Positions 19,369 to 27,813 of a stretch of DNA of 64,000 nucleotides are shown here, in pieces. This stretch comes from Flavobacteriales bacterium (lineage in GTDB: Bacteria; Bacteroidota; Bacteroidia; UBA10329): positions 6,780 through 70,779 of the forward strand of contig JACJZP010000011.1 in the NCBI GenBank assembly GCA_020635535.1, read 5' to 3'. The position numbers and the translations under genes are program-made. The notes beneath the pieces are model-generated. The model had not been told where the DNA came from and ran no database searches. It saw only the letters and a list, made by a program, of their open reading frames with translations. Numbering within the stretch: the stretch's first letter is position 1; every line of letters begins with the position of its first letter.

Positions 19369-19905
19369 ATGTCACGTCTTACAATACCTTTTCTCTTTTT
19401 CTCTTTTTTCCTCTTCACTTCAGCGCAAGCACAGCACACCGTCATTATGAAAGATGGCTCGCAGAAGAAGGGCGAAGTGAAGTCCATGCAGGGCCCAACC
19501 CTTACCATGATGCACAATGGAAGACCCGTTGAAATGCTGATCTCCGACATTCGAACGGTTCACTTTTATGATGAGGAAAAAGCCGCTTCGGCATCATCCA
19601 CCAACCTCCGCAAGAAGTTCAAAGAAGGCTTCAAGGAATACGAATACGAGATGGAAGGCCGCAAAATGATCAGCTTCCCGAAGATCGGCCTTGGCACCAA
19701 GGATGAGGGCGTGGTGGTGGTCGAAGTGACCATTGACAAATATGGAAACGTGCTTCGTGCCGAACCAGGAGCACCTGGCACCAAAACAACAGACGATAAG
19801 TACCTGTTCGCGAAAGCGAAATCTGCCTGTCAGCAGGCCAAATTCGATAGCGACCCGACCGCACCGCTTTCCACCACGGGCAAGATCTACGTTACGTTTC
19901 CGTAA
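19369..19905 (+). CDS. secreted protein with TonB C-terminal-like domain
   Basis: Signal peptide. C-terminal GVVVVEVTIDKYGNVLRAEPGAPGT...AKFDSDP...GKIYVTF resembles the energy-transducer TonB C-domain fold. Confidence 0.45.
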   Translation: MSRLTIPFLFFSFFLFTSAQAQHTVIMKDGSQKKGEVKSMQGPTLTMMHNGRPVEMLISDIRTVHFYDEEKAASASSTNLRKKFKEGFKEYEYEMEGRKMISFPKIGLGTKDEGVVVVEVTIDKYGNVLRAEPGAPGTKTTDDKYLFAKAKSACQQAKFDSDPTAPLSTTGKIYVTFP

Positions 19906-19991
19906 AGGCGTATGGCCATACGCCCTTACTCGTAAACATCCTTGCGATGTCCGAGTTCAATAACATCCACGAGTAGAATCTCATCTTCATT

Positions 19992-21484
19992 TTGCGGTTA
20001 GTCCCATTATGGATAATCCATAACTTATGCATCCTGAAGAAAAACCGAGCAAATGAGGTTATTTCCCCTCCTTTTATTGACCCTTTTTCCGCCTTTGCTT
20101 TGGCGCAGAACTATGATGAATGGTGGCAGAAAGAAGAAGAAGACCAATACACCGAAACGGCCGCGCCGAAATCTGCGCTCGAAGTGGTGCAGAAGATCCA
20201 CGACCGCGCTGTGGAAGAGGGTAACAGTCCGCAGTTGGTGAAAGCCGTGATCCACGAGATCAAGTTCCAGTCTGAGTTTGAGGAGGAAAGTCTGGTGGCG
20301 AGCATCATCCGACTGGAAGATGAGGCCAAAACCGCGCCCGAACCCACCAAGCAGATCCTGCATTCGCTGCTGGCCGAAATGCACTGGGGCTACTACCAGA
20401 ACAACAGTTGGCAGATACACAACCGCACCGCCACCGAAGCCGCAGGAGACAACATTCTGACATGGGATTTCAAGCGCATTGCCGAAGAGGCCGACAAGCA
20501 TTACAGACTTTCGTTAGAGAACCGGGAAGTGTTGAAATCCGCTGCGCTGAAGGATTATGAGGCGATTCTGACCGGTTCGGACAAGTACCGTGAACTGCGG
20601 CCATCGCTCTATCATTTGCTGCTATCGCGGGCATTGGACTTCTACAGCTCGGAAGAGCGCGAGCTCATCAACTTCGACCCATCGGGCATTTACAACGACC
20701 CGAAACTGTTGGGTTCTGTGGATGAGTTCCTAACATGGGAAGCCCCAAAGAAAACCGGACTGCAACCCGCGGCCTACAGCATTCATCTTTATCAGGGATT
20801 GCTTCGCGAAGCCAAGAAACTCGGAACAGAAGCCTTGGTCTCCGAAGACCTGAAACGCTTGAATTTCATCTACGGCCGTTCGCAGGCGCAGGCGGCCCAC
20901 AAGGACTACACACACAGACTCCAATCGTTGGTGCAGGAACATGCTGCGGATGCCGTCTCGGGCGAGGCTGCCTACTATCTGGCGCTGCTTTACCACGACC
21001 AAGGAAGTGCTGCCTCTGACCCTTCGCATCCCGCGCGTTGGAACTGGAAAACAGCCGATTCCATCTGTCAGGTTTACATTGAGAAATTCCCGAATTCGTT
21101 GGGTGCGAGGAATTGCCAATCGCTTTCCGAACGCATCCGCATGAAGGAATGGAGTGTGGCAGCCGAGCAGCACACGCTTGCCGAAAAGCCGTTCCGATTC
21201 CTGTTCCGCTACCGCAACATTGGCGAAGCTGATGCCGCCAATTGGAAGGTTTACACGCAAGTGGCCAAACTCGACCCCATCGAATACCGCGAGAATGCCC
21301 GCAGCAACTATGGCGAAAAGCTCATCAATTGGCTGAAATCGCATTCGCAGACCGTTTCGAAAAGACCTTCGAAGTTCCCAATCCAAAAGATTTCCGCGAG
21401 CACAGCATTGAACTTCCGTTGGAAGGATTGCCCATTGGCACCTACGTCATCTTCACACGGGTTCCGATGCCAAACTTTCCATGA
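19992..21484 (+). CDS. N-terminal alpha-helical segment, probably of the alpha-2-macroglobulin-family protein (frame-broken); otherwise a separate coupled hypothetical gene
   Basis: Coding-like frame of about 480 aa. A signal peptide MRLFPLLLLTLF(S)AFALAQ is recovered if the T5 run at 20084-88 is read as T6. There is a second -1 break near 21325. An ATGA junction at 21481 leads into the MG-domain ORF. Confidence 0.5.
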
Positions 21485-23688
21485 ACAAGGATGTGGTGTC
21501 GTATGCCATCGTCACGGTCACCGATCTGGCACTTATCACCCGTTCCATCAACGATGGCGAAACGGTGCTGAAGGTCGTTTCGCGCGATAGCGGAAAACCC
21601 ATCGCGCAAGCACGCATTGAACTGCTGAGTCTGGTGTACAACCGCAATTCGCGCAGCAACGATTACAAGCTGGAGCAAACGCTGACCACCGACCAGAACG
21701 GGGTGGCAGTTTGGAAAGGTCAGGCGCAGAATTACCGTGGTTACATGGTGGATGTGTACCATGGCGAGGATAAGCTGATCGGAGCCGATAATGTTTACGG
21801 CTACAGCAACCGCGAGGACATCCGCTGGAACGACCAGACGCATTTCTTCCTCGACCGTGCCATTTACCGCCCAGGGCAGACCATCCATTTCAAGGGCATC
21901 ATGCTTTCGAGCAATGGCAAGGAGGTGAAAACGCTGACCGAAAAGAACACGACCGTAAAACTCTTTGACGCCAACGGGCAGGAAGTGAGTTCACTTGATC
22001 TGAAATCGAATGGTTTCGGGACGTTTTCGGGAACGTTCATTGCGCCAACTGGCGGACTGAACGGCTACATCCGCATTGGCAATGAGAGCGGTTCGCATTC
22101 GTTCCGCATGGAAGAATACAAGCGGCCGAAGTTTGAGGTGAAGGTTGACCAGCCAAAGGAGCAATACCGCGTGAACGACACGGTATCGGTTTCGGGAACG
22201 GCCATTTCCTATTCAGGCGTTCCGTTGGATGGTGCGGAAGTGAAATACCGCGTCACGCGCACCGCCCGTTTCCCGTATCCGTGGTTGTGCTGGGGTTGGT
22301 TCCCGCAATCGCAGCCCAAGCAAGTGGCTTTCGGAACGGCAACGACTGATGCTTCAGGTGTGTTCCAAATGGAATTCGAAGCGCAGCCCGACCCGCTAAT
22401 CAAGGCCACGTACAAGCCTGTTTTCAACTACCAGATCGAAGTGGATGTGACCGACCAAAGTGGCGAAATGCAGACGGGGAACACGAGCGTTTCGGTGGGT
22501 TACCACGCGCTGAACATCGACATTGATATTCCTTCGGTCATCGAGCGGTATGACCTAGGCCGTTATAACGTTTCGGCCACCAATCCTTCTGGCGAGCCAC
22601 AAGCAGCAGAGGTTTCGGTAGATGTTTGGAAGCTCAAGCCGAATGACCGCATACTTCGCAAGCGCATCTGGCAAACGCCCGATCAGTTCTACCTATCGGA
22701 GGCCGACCACAAGCGCATGTTCCGCAACGAACCGTACAAGAATGAGGGCGATCATCAAACATGGGAGCGCGACCGGAATATGTTCCATGCCGTGCTGCAA
22801 ACCGCCACCGATAAGGATGTGAGTTTTGCTCCGCTCAACGGCCTCGGGCAGGGTTATTACATGGTGGAACTGACCGCCAAGGACGCGTTCGGCACCGAAG
22901 TGGTGCAAAAGGCGTATTACTGCCTGACAGAGAAGGACGCGAAACTGCCACCGTACTTCACCACGGCTTGGTTCCACTCCCTCCAAGACAAATATGAGCC
23001 AGGAGAAACACTCGAACTGCTGATCGGTTCGTCTTACGCTTTTGTGGATTTCAAGATTGAAATTGAGGTCAAGGACAAAGGATTCCAGACCAACAAGATC
23101 ATTTACACCAAGGAAATCTCCTGCACGGGAACGCAGCAAAAGCTGGAGATTCCAGTAACCGAAGAATGGCGTGGAAATGCGCAGATTCATATCACTGCTG
23201 TGCGGAACAACGAACTGCTGAGTTGGTCGAAAACCATTTCGGTACCGTACACCAACAAGCAGTTGGATGTGAAGCTCGAAACCTTCCGCAAGGAAATGGC
23301 ACCCGATGATGCCGAAGAATGGACGGTCAGCATCAAAGACAAGAACGGAAAAGCCGCCAAGGCCGAATTCCTGACCACGATGTATGATGCCTCATTGGAT
23401 GTGCTGGCCGCCAACAACTGGGGGCTTTCGCCTTACCATTTCCTGAACGCGCGCTACAACTGGAATTCCAATTCATTCGGCCAAGCCCAAACCCAGATAT
23501 GGAATCGTAATTGGATGAAATATCCGAGTTCGGCCATTGCGAGGGAATTTGAAAAAATCGATTGGTTCGGATACTATTTCGGTAGTGGGAATTTCTACGC
23601 GTTGGAGAGCGTTGCGATTCGCAGTGGTGGTGCAAGAGGAACAGCTGATGATGATATGATGGCGGTTGAAGAAAGTGAGATCAAATGA
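21481..23688 (+). CDS. alpha-2-macroglobulin family protein, MG-domain portion
   Basis: MG2-type motifs HFFLDRAIYRPGQTIHFKGIM and SFRMEEYKRPKFEV, plus repeated beta-sandwich modules. Confidence 0.8.
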   Translation: MNKDVVSYAIVTVTDLALITRSINDGETVLKVVSRDSGKPIAQARIELLSLVYNRNSRSNDYKLEQTLTTDQNGVAVWKGQAQNYRGYMVDVYHGEDKLIGADNVYGYSNREDIRWNDQTHFFLDRAIYRPGQTIHFKGIMLSSNGKEVKTLTEKNTTVKLFDANGQEVSSLDLKSNGFGTFSGTFIAPTGGLNGYIRIGNESGSHSFRMEEYKRPKFEVKVDQPKEQYRVNDTVSVSGTAISYSGVPLDGAEVKYRVTRTARFPYPWLCWGWFPQSQPKQVAFGTATTDASGVFQMEFEAQPDPLIKATYKPVFNYQIEVDVTDQSGEMQTGNTSVSVGYHALNIDIDIPSVIERYDLGRYNVSATNPSGEPQAAEVSVDVWKLKPNDRILRKRIWQTPDQFYLSEADHKRMFRNEPYKNEGDHQTWERDRNMFHAVLQTATDKDVSFAPLNGLGQGYYMVELTAKDAFGTEVVQKAYYCLTEKDAKLPPYFTTAWFHSLQDKYEPGETLELLIGSSYAFVDFKIEIEVKDKGFQTNKIIYTKEISCTGTQQKLEIPVTEEWRGNAQIHITAVRNNELLSWSKTISVPYTNKQLDVKLETFRKEMAPDDAEEWTVSIKDKNGKAAKAEFLTTMYDASLDVLAANNWGLSPYHFLNARYNWNSNSFGQAQTQIWNRNWMKYPSSAIAREFEKIDWFGYYFGSGNFYALESVAIRSGGARGTADDDMMAVEESEIK

Positions 23689-23749
23689 TGATGAAGTTCA
23701 GGTTCAAAAAGCGCCCCAGCAATTATGATGATGATGCATCAGCGGACTG

Positions 23750-26146
23750 ATGGCTAAGAATGCAGAAGATGACGATCAATCTGCTCCACCTAAAGACATC
23801 AAAATGCGTTCAGATTTCTCTGAAACGGTGTTCTTCCATCCGCATTTGGTGAGCGATGAAAAGGGAAATGTCAGCTTCAAATTCAATGCACCACAATCAC
23901 TCACGCGATGGAAGTTCATGGGTCTCGCTACCACCGAAGACCTGAAGATCGGAACCATCACGGAAGAGGTCGTTACCCGCAAACAGTTGATGATAACGCC
24001 CAACTATCCGCGTTTCGTGCGGGAAGGCGATAAACTCATTTTCCAAGTAAAAGTGAACGTGTTGGATAGCTTGGTCAAGAGCGCTTCTGCTTCATTGGAA
24101 TTGACAGACGGATTAACTGGTGAGGCCATTGAATCTCAAATCGTTAATCGTCAATTGTTATTCGCTAATAATCAAGCGGTAGCTTCTTGGGAAATCGATA
24201 TTCCCGAAGGAATTTCCGCCATCAAGTTCACTACCAAAGCATGGTCAGACAAGCATTCGGATGGAGAGGAAAAAACCATTCCTGTGCTTCCGAACCGCAT
24301 GTTGGTGACTGAAAGCATGCCGCTTCCAGTCAGAGGAAAAGGCACGCACACCTTCAGTTTCGATAAGCTGTTAGGGCTTGATGCATCAAGACACAGCCAA
24401 ACGCTGCGTACACAATCGTTAACGTTGGAATTCACACCCAATCCGATCTGGCTGGCCGTGCTTTCGCTGCCGTACATGATGGAATACCCGTACGAATGTT
24501 CTGAGCAGATTTTCAGTCGCTACTACGCCAATGCCATCGGTACCCATCTGGCCAATTCCGACCCGAAGATCAAAGCGGTTTTCGAGCAATGGAAGCACGA
24601 TGCGCAGAACGGAAACGGGGATGCATTCCAATCTGAATTGGACAAGAATCCAGAACTGAAACAGGCTTTGCTGACTGAAACACCGTGGGTTCGAGATGCG
24701 CAGAACGAAACAGAACAACGCAGACGGATTGGTGAACTGTTCGATACCGACCGCATGGAAACCGAACTGCAAACGGCTCTCAAAAAACTGAAGCAGAACC
24801 AACAGCCCGATGGCGGTTGGGGCTGGTTCAACGGGCTGCGCTCCGATATGTACATCACACGTTACATCGTTTCAGGATTTGGCAAAATGCGCAAGATGGG
24901 CGTTTGGCAAATGGATGATGAAACCGAATCCATGCTTCGCGAAGCAATCGTTTTCCTCGATGAGGAAATGGTGAAATTCTACGCCCGCAGAGACCTGAAA
25001 GACAAGGATTACGTACCGAGTTGGACGGATTTGCATATGACCTACGCGCGGTCGTTCTGGTTGGATGATTTTGCGCTGAACGGCAAGGCGAAAACCACTT
25101 ACAACCTCATTGTAAAGAACATCCGCGATAAGTGGACGAAATTGGATGCTTCACAGAAAGGATTGGCGGCCGTGGTTCTGAAGCGTTCTGGATTTGAGGA
25201 TGACGCGAAAAAGGTCATCGTCTCGCTGCGCGAAACGGCACTAACAAGCGAGGAATTCGGCACGTATTGGGCCATGGACAAGGGCTATTACTGGTATCAG
25301 GCACCAATTGAAAACCACGTGATGATCTTGGAGGCGTTTGATGAGGTGGCCAATGATGCGGAAATGGTCCGCGAGATGAACATCTGGTTGCTCAAACAGA
25401 AACAGACGCAAAGTTGGGAAACCACCAAGGCCACGGCCGAAGCGTGCTACGCGCTGATCTCAACTGGCAACACCGACTTTGAAACTGAAGCGAAAGTTTC
25501 CATCAAGTTGGGTAATGAAACCATTGACCCACGCAAAGACCCAGACCTTAAGACCGAAGCCGGAACGGGTTACTTCAAGACCAATTGGACGAAGAATTCC
25601 GTGTACTCCGATATGGGAAATGTCACCGTGACCAAAGACAACGATGGCGTAGCATGGGGCGCGGTTTACTGGCAGTATTTCGAGGACTTGGATAAGATCA
25701 CAGGCGCTACCGACAATCCGATAAAAATGCAGCGGGAAGTCATGCTGTTGGAAGACACGGAGAACGGCCCTGTGATGAAACCGTTGGGAGAGAACACCTC
25801 ACTTTCTGTTGGCGACAGAGTTCGCGTTCGCATCGTTCTGGAAACCGACCGCCACATGGAATATGTGCATCTGAAAGACATGCGCGCTGCCAGTTTCGAA
25901 CCACGCAAGCAACTTTCTGGGGTAGAATTCCAAGAAGGGTTGAGCTACTACCGTTCGACTACTGATGCGGCCATGAACTTCTTCTTCAGCTACCTGCCCA
26001 AAGGCACGTTCGTGTTTGAGTACGACCTGAACGTAACCCAATCAGGCACCTTCAGCAACGGTATTTCCCAACTGCAATGCATGTACGTGCCTGAGTTTAC
26101 AACGCACTCTGAGGGAGTGAGGTTGGAGGTCAGAAGGAAACAATGA
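23750..26146 (+). CDS. alpha-2-macroglobulin family protein, bait/thioester-like/receptor-binding portion
   Basis: RSDFSETVFFHP...LTRWKF motif (A2M bait-region boundary). YPYECSEQ, the thioester-motif position with Ser in place of Gly. C-terminal A2M_recep-like region. Separated from the previous ORF by a frame break inside a GATGAT-repeat stretch. Confidence 0.8.
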   Translation: MAKNAEDDDQSAPPKDIKMRSDFSETVFFHPHLVSDEKGNVSFKFNAPQSLTRWKFMGLATTEDLKIGTITEEVVTRKQLMITPNYPRFVREGDKLIFQVKVNVLDSLVKSASASLELTDGLTGEAIESQIVNRQLLFANNQAVASWEIDIPEGISAIKFTTKAWSDKHSDGEEKTIPVLPNRMLVTESMPLPVRGKGTHTFSFDKLLGLDASRHSQTLRTQSLTLEFTPNPIWLAVLSLPYMMEYPYECSEQIFSRYYANAIGTHLANSDPKIKAVFEQWKHDAQNGNGDAFQSELDKNPELKQALLTETPWVRDAQNETEQRRRIGELFDTDRMETELQTALKKLKQNQQPDGGWGWFNGLRSDMYITRYIVSGFGKMRKMGVWQMDDETESMLREAIVFLDEEMVKFYARRDLKDKDYVPSWTDLHMTYARSFWLDDFALNGKAKTTYNLIVKNIRDKWTKLDASQKGLAAVVLKRSGFEDDAKKVIVSLRETALTSEEFGTYWAMDKGYYWYQAPIENHVMILEAFDEVANDAEMVREMNIWLLKQKQTQSWETTKATAEACYALISTGNTDFETEAKVSIKLGNETIDPRKDPDLKTEAGTGYFKTNWTKNSVYSDMGNVTVTKDNDGVAWGAVYWQYFEDLDKITGATDNPIKMQREVMLLEDTENGPVMKPLGENTSLSVGDRVRVRIVLETDRHMEYVHLKDMRAASFEPRKQLSGVEFQEGLSYYRSTTDAAMNFFFSYLPKGTFVFEYDLNVTQSGTFSNGISQLQCMYVPEFTTHSEGVRLEVRRKQ

Positions 26147-26198
26147 AAATGACGGAGAATCGTAAATTGACAATCGACTTCCACATATCCCGACTCAT

Positions 26199-26206
26199 TA
26201 AATTTG
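26199..26206 (+). promoter_or_regulatory. candidate Bacteroidota -7 promoter element (TAnnTTTG) for the lytS-lytTR operon
   Basis: TAAATTTG lies 26 nt upstream of the ATG at 26232. Confidence 0.3.
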
Positions 26207-26231
26207 TTTGAATTAACAAGTCAATTCAAAA

Positions 26232-26948
26232 ATGGATTTTCAGAACGTTGACCATCTACAGATCCTTTTGGTATTAGCGTTTGCACTTGCTGTTTGGTCT
26301 TATTTCAGCATGAAGAAGGAGCGAAAAAAAAGCGCGCGTCTACATGACGAAAACGCGCAGCTTTTAGCTCAAAACGCTATTCTCGAAGCTGAGCAATTGA
26401 AATTCCAGCTGCAACCACACACCCTGAATAATATTCTTGCTAATCTGAAGGCTGTTGCTTCGAAACTACACAGAGGAATGGATGCTCTCTCAGAAACACT
26501 CGAATACATCATTTATAAAGGCAAGGGACATTTGGTAACTGTTGAGGACGAACTTGTTTTTATACAGAGATACCTCATTTTGAACGAGCTGTTCTTAACT
26601 CACATGGACTCCATCAAATTAGACGACACACGGGTGAATGCGAACAGCGAATTTTACCGAAAACCATGTCTGCCTCACCTTGTCACGGGCTATCTCCTTG
26701 AGAACGCATTCAAACATGGTGATACACGTGACCCAAATTTCTTGTCGATTAGTGTGTGTCTAAGCGACCGGGTTTTTGAGCTTCAGGTCTCGAATAAAGT
26801 ACGGTCGGGGCACAGTAATCGCAACGGTGGTATTGGACTACAGAACATGAGAAAGCGATTAGACCTACTTGCCTCTGGCAGCTACGAGCTAAATCACCAA
26901 CAGACCGATTCGGAATACATTTCGACCCTGACAGTGAAATTGAAATGA
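26232..26948 (+). CDS. LytS/YehU-type sensor histidine kinase (His_kinase PF06580-like + HATPase), single TM helix, no extracytoplasmic domain
   Basis: QLQPHTLNNILANL H-box typical of LytS-family kinases, N/G boxes LENAFKHG...NGGIGLQNMRKRLDL, and one N-terminal TM segment. Confidence 0.8.
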   Translation: MDFQNVDHLQILLVLAFALAVWSYFSMKKERKKSARLHDENAQLLAQNAILEAEQLKFQLQPHTLNNILANLKAVASKLHRGMDALSETLEYIIYKGKGHLVTVEDELVFIQRYLILNELFLTHMDSIKLDDTRVNANSEFYRKPCLPHLVTGYLLENAFKHGDTRDPNFLSISVCLSDRVFELQVSNKVRSGHSNRNGGIGLQNMRKRLDLLASGSYELNHQQTDSEYISTLTVKLK

Positions 26949-27703
26949 GCAAATTGAAAGTTGCCGTTCTGGAAGATAGCCCGCTTCTACTTGAAGAGTT
27001 GCGGTATATGCTACGTGATACAAACCTTGTTGATGTAGTAGTTTGTAGTCAGAGTTGCGAGGAATTCATTCAGAAGGTTAAACAGACCAAGGTTGACGCG
27101 CTGATATTGGACATAGACATTGCGGGCGACAACATGAGCGGAATGGATGTAGCCTATCACTTAAAGTTACCTGTACTTTTCGCAAGCGGTAAGACCAAGG
27201 ACAATCTGGAAGGTATTGAAGATTTGACCTTAGAGGAATGGAGCATTGTTGAACACCTTACCAAACCAATAAAGAAGGAAAAACTCGAACGAATGCTTCC
27301 ACAGTTCATTGAACAAGTGCAAGCCAAGGCTCGTAAAAGTGTTGTCAGTCTGAGTCTGAAAGATGGCCGAACATTCGTTGTTCCGATGAATAGTGTTGCA
27401 TACATCTGCTCTTGCACAGGAAGTGACGGTCGGTCCTTGAATAAAGAAATTCATTTTGTAGACAGAAAACCTGGAATATTGGTTGATGTTTCCTTTCCTA
27501 AACTGGAATCTATCGGCTTCACCAGCACCCAGTTTATACGTCCTCATCAATCATACCGCGTGAACGTAGACCACGTGATGGAATACAATCGCCTCTATCA
27601 TAAACTTATTGTCTCTTCATTAAGCTCAGAAGGAAAGACTGTGCAATCCGAAATAGATGTTTCAGAAAACTACCGCTCAGAAATTAAGCAGAAGTTCAGG
27701 TAG
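26945..27703 (+). CDS. LytTR-family response regulator (REC + LytTR DNA-binding domain)
   Basis: VAVLEDS...ILDIDI receiver domain. C-terminal FIRPHQSYRVNVDHV is the LytTR signature (cf. FIRIHRSYIVN). ATGA-coupled to the kinase. Confidence 0.85.
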   Translation: MSKLKVAVLEDSPLLLEELRYMLRDTNLVDVVVCSQSCEEFIQKVKQTKVDALILDIDIAGDNMSGMDVAYHLKLPVLFASGKTKDNLEGIEDLTLEEWSIVEHLTKPIKKEKLERMLPQFIEQVQAKARKSVVSLSLKDGRTFVVPMNSVAYICSCTGSDGRSLNKEIHFVDRKPGILVDVSFPKLESIGFTSTQFIRPHQSYRVNVDHVMEYNRLYHKLIVSSLSSEGKTVQSEIDVSENYRSEIKQKFR

Positions 27704-27757
27704 GCACTTGTCACTCAAAACAAGGCACTTGTCACTCTGATGGGGATGATGTCACCC
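27702..27757 (+). promoter_or_regulatory. three direct repeats (AGGCACTTGTCACTC x2 plus degenerate ATGTCACCC) at 21/20-bp phasing; candidate LytTR operator upstream of the viperin gene
   Basis: Perfect 15-nt repeat at 27702-16 and 27723-37, with a third half-site at 27749-57. The 21-bp periodicity matches LytTR/AgrA-type direct-repeat sites. Confidence 0.4.
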
Positions 27758-27813
27758 GCAATTAGGTAACCTTTACCGACACTGGGACATTCGTTGAAAC
27801 AAAACTCAACGAT

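Noticed and set aside
19221-19550. Overlapping small ORFs (19221-19532 +, 19362-19550 -) in the 18984-19368 spacer
   Set aside because: Low-complexity translations. They are explained by the T9SS remnant, the hairpins, and the start region of the 19369 gene.
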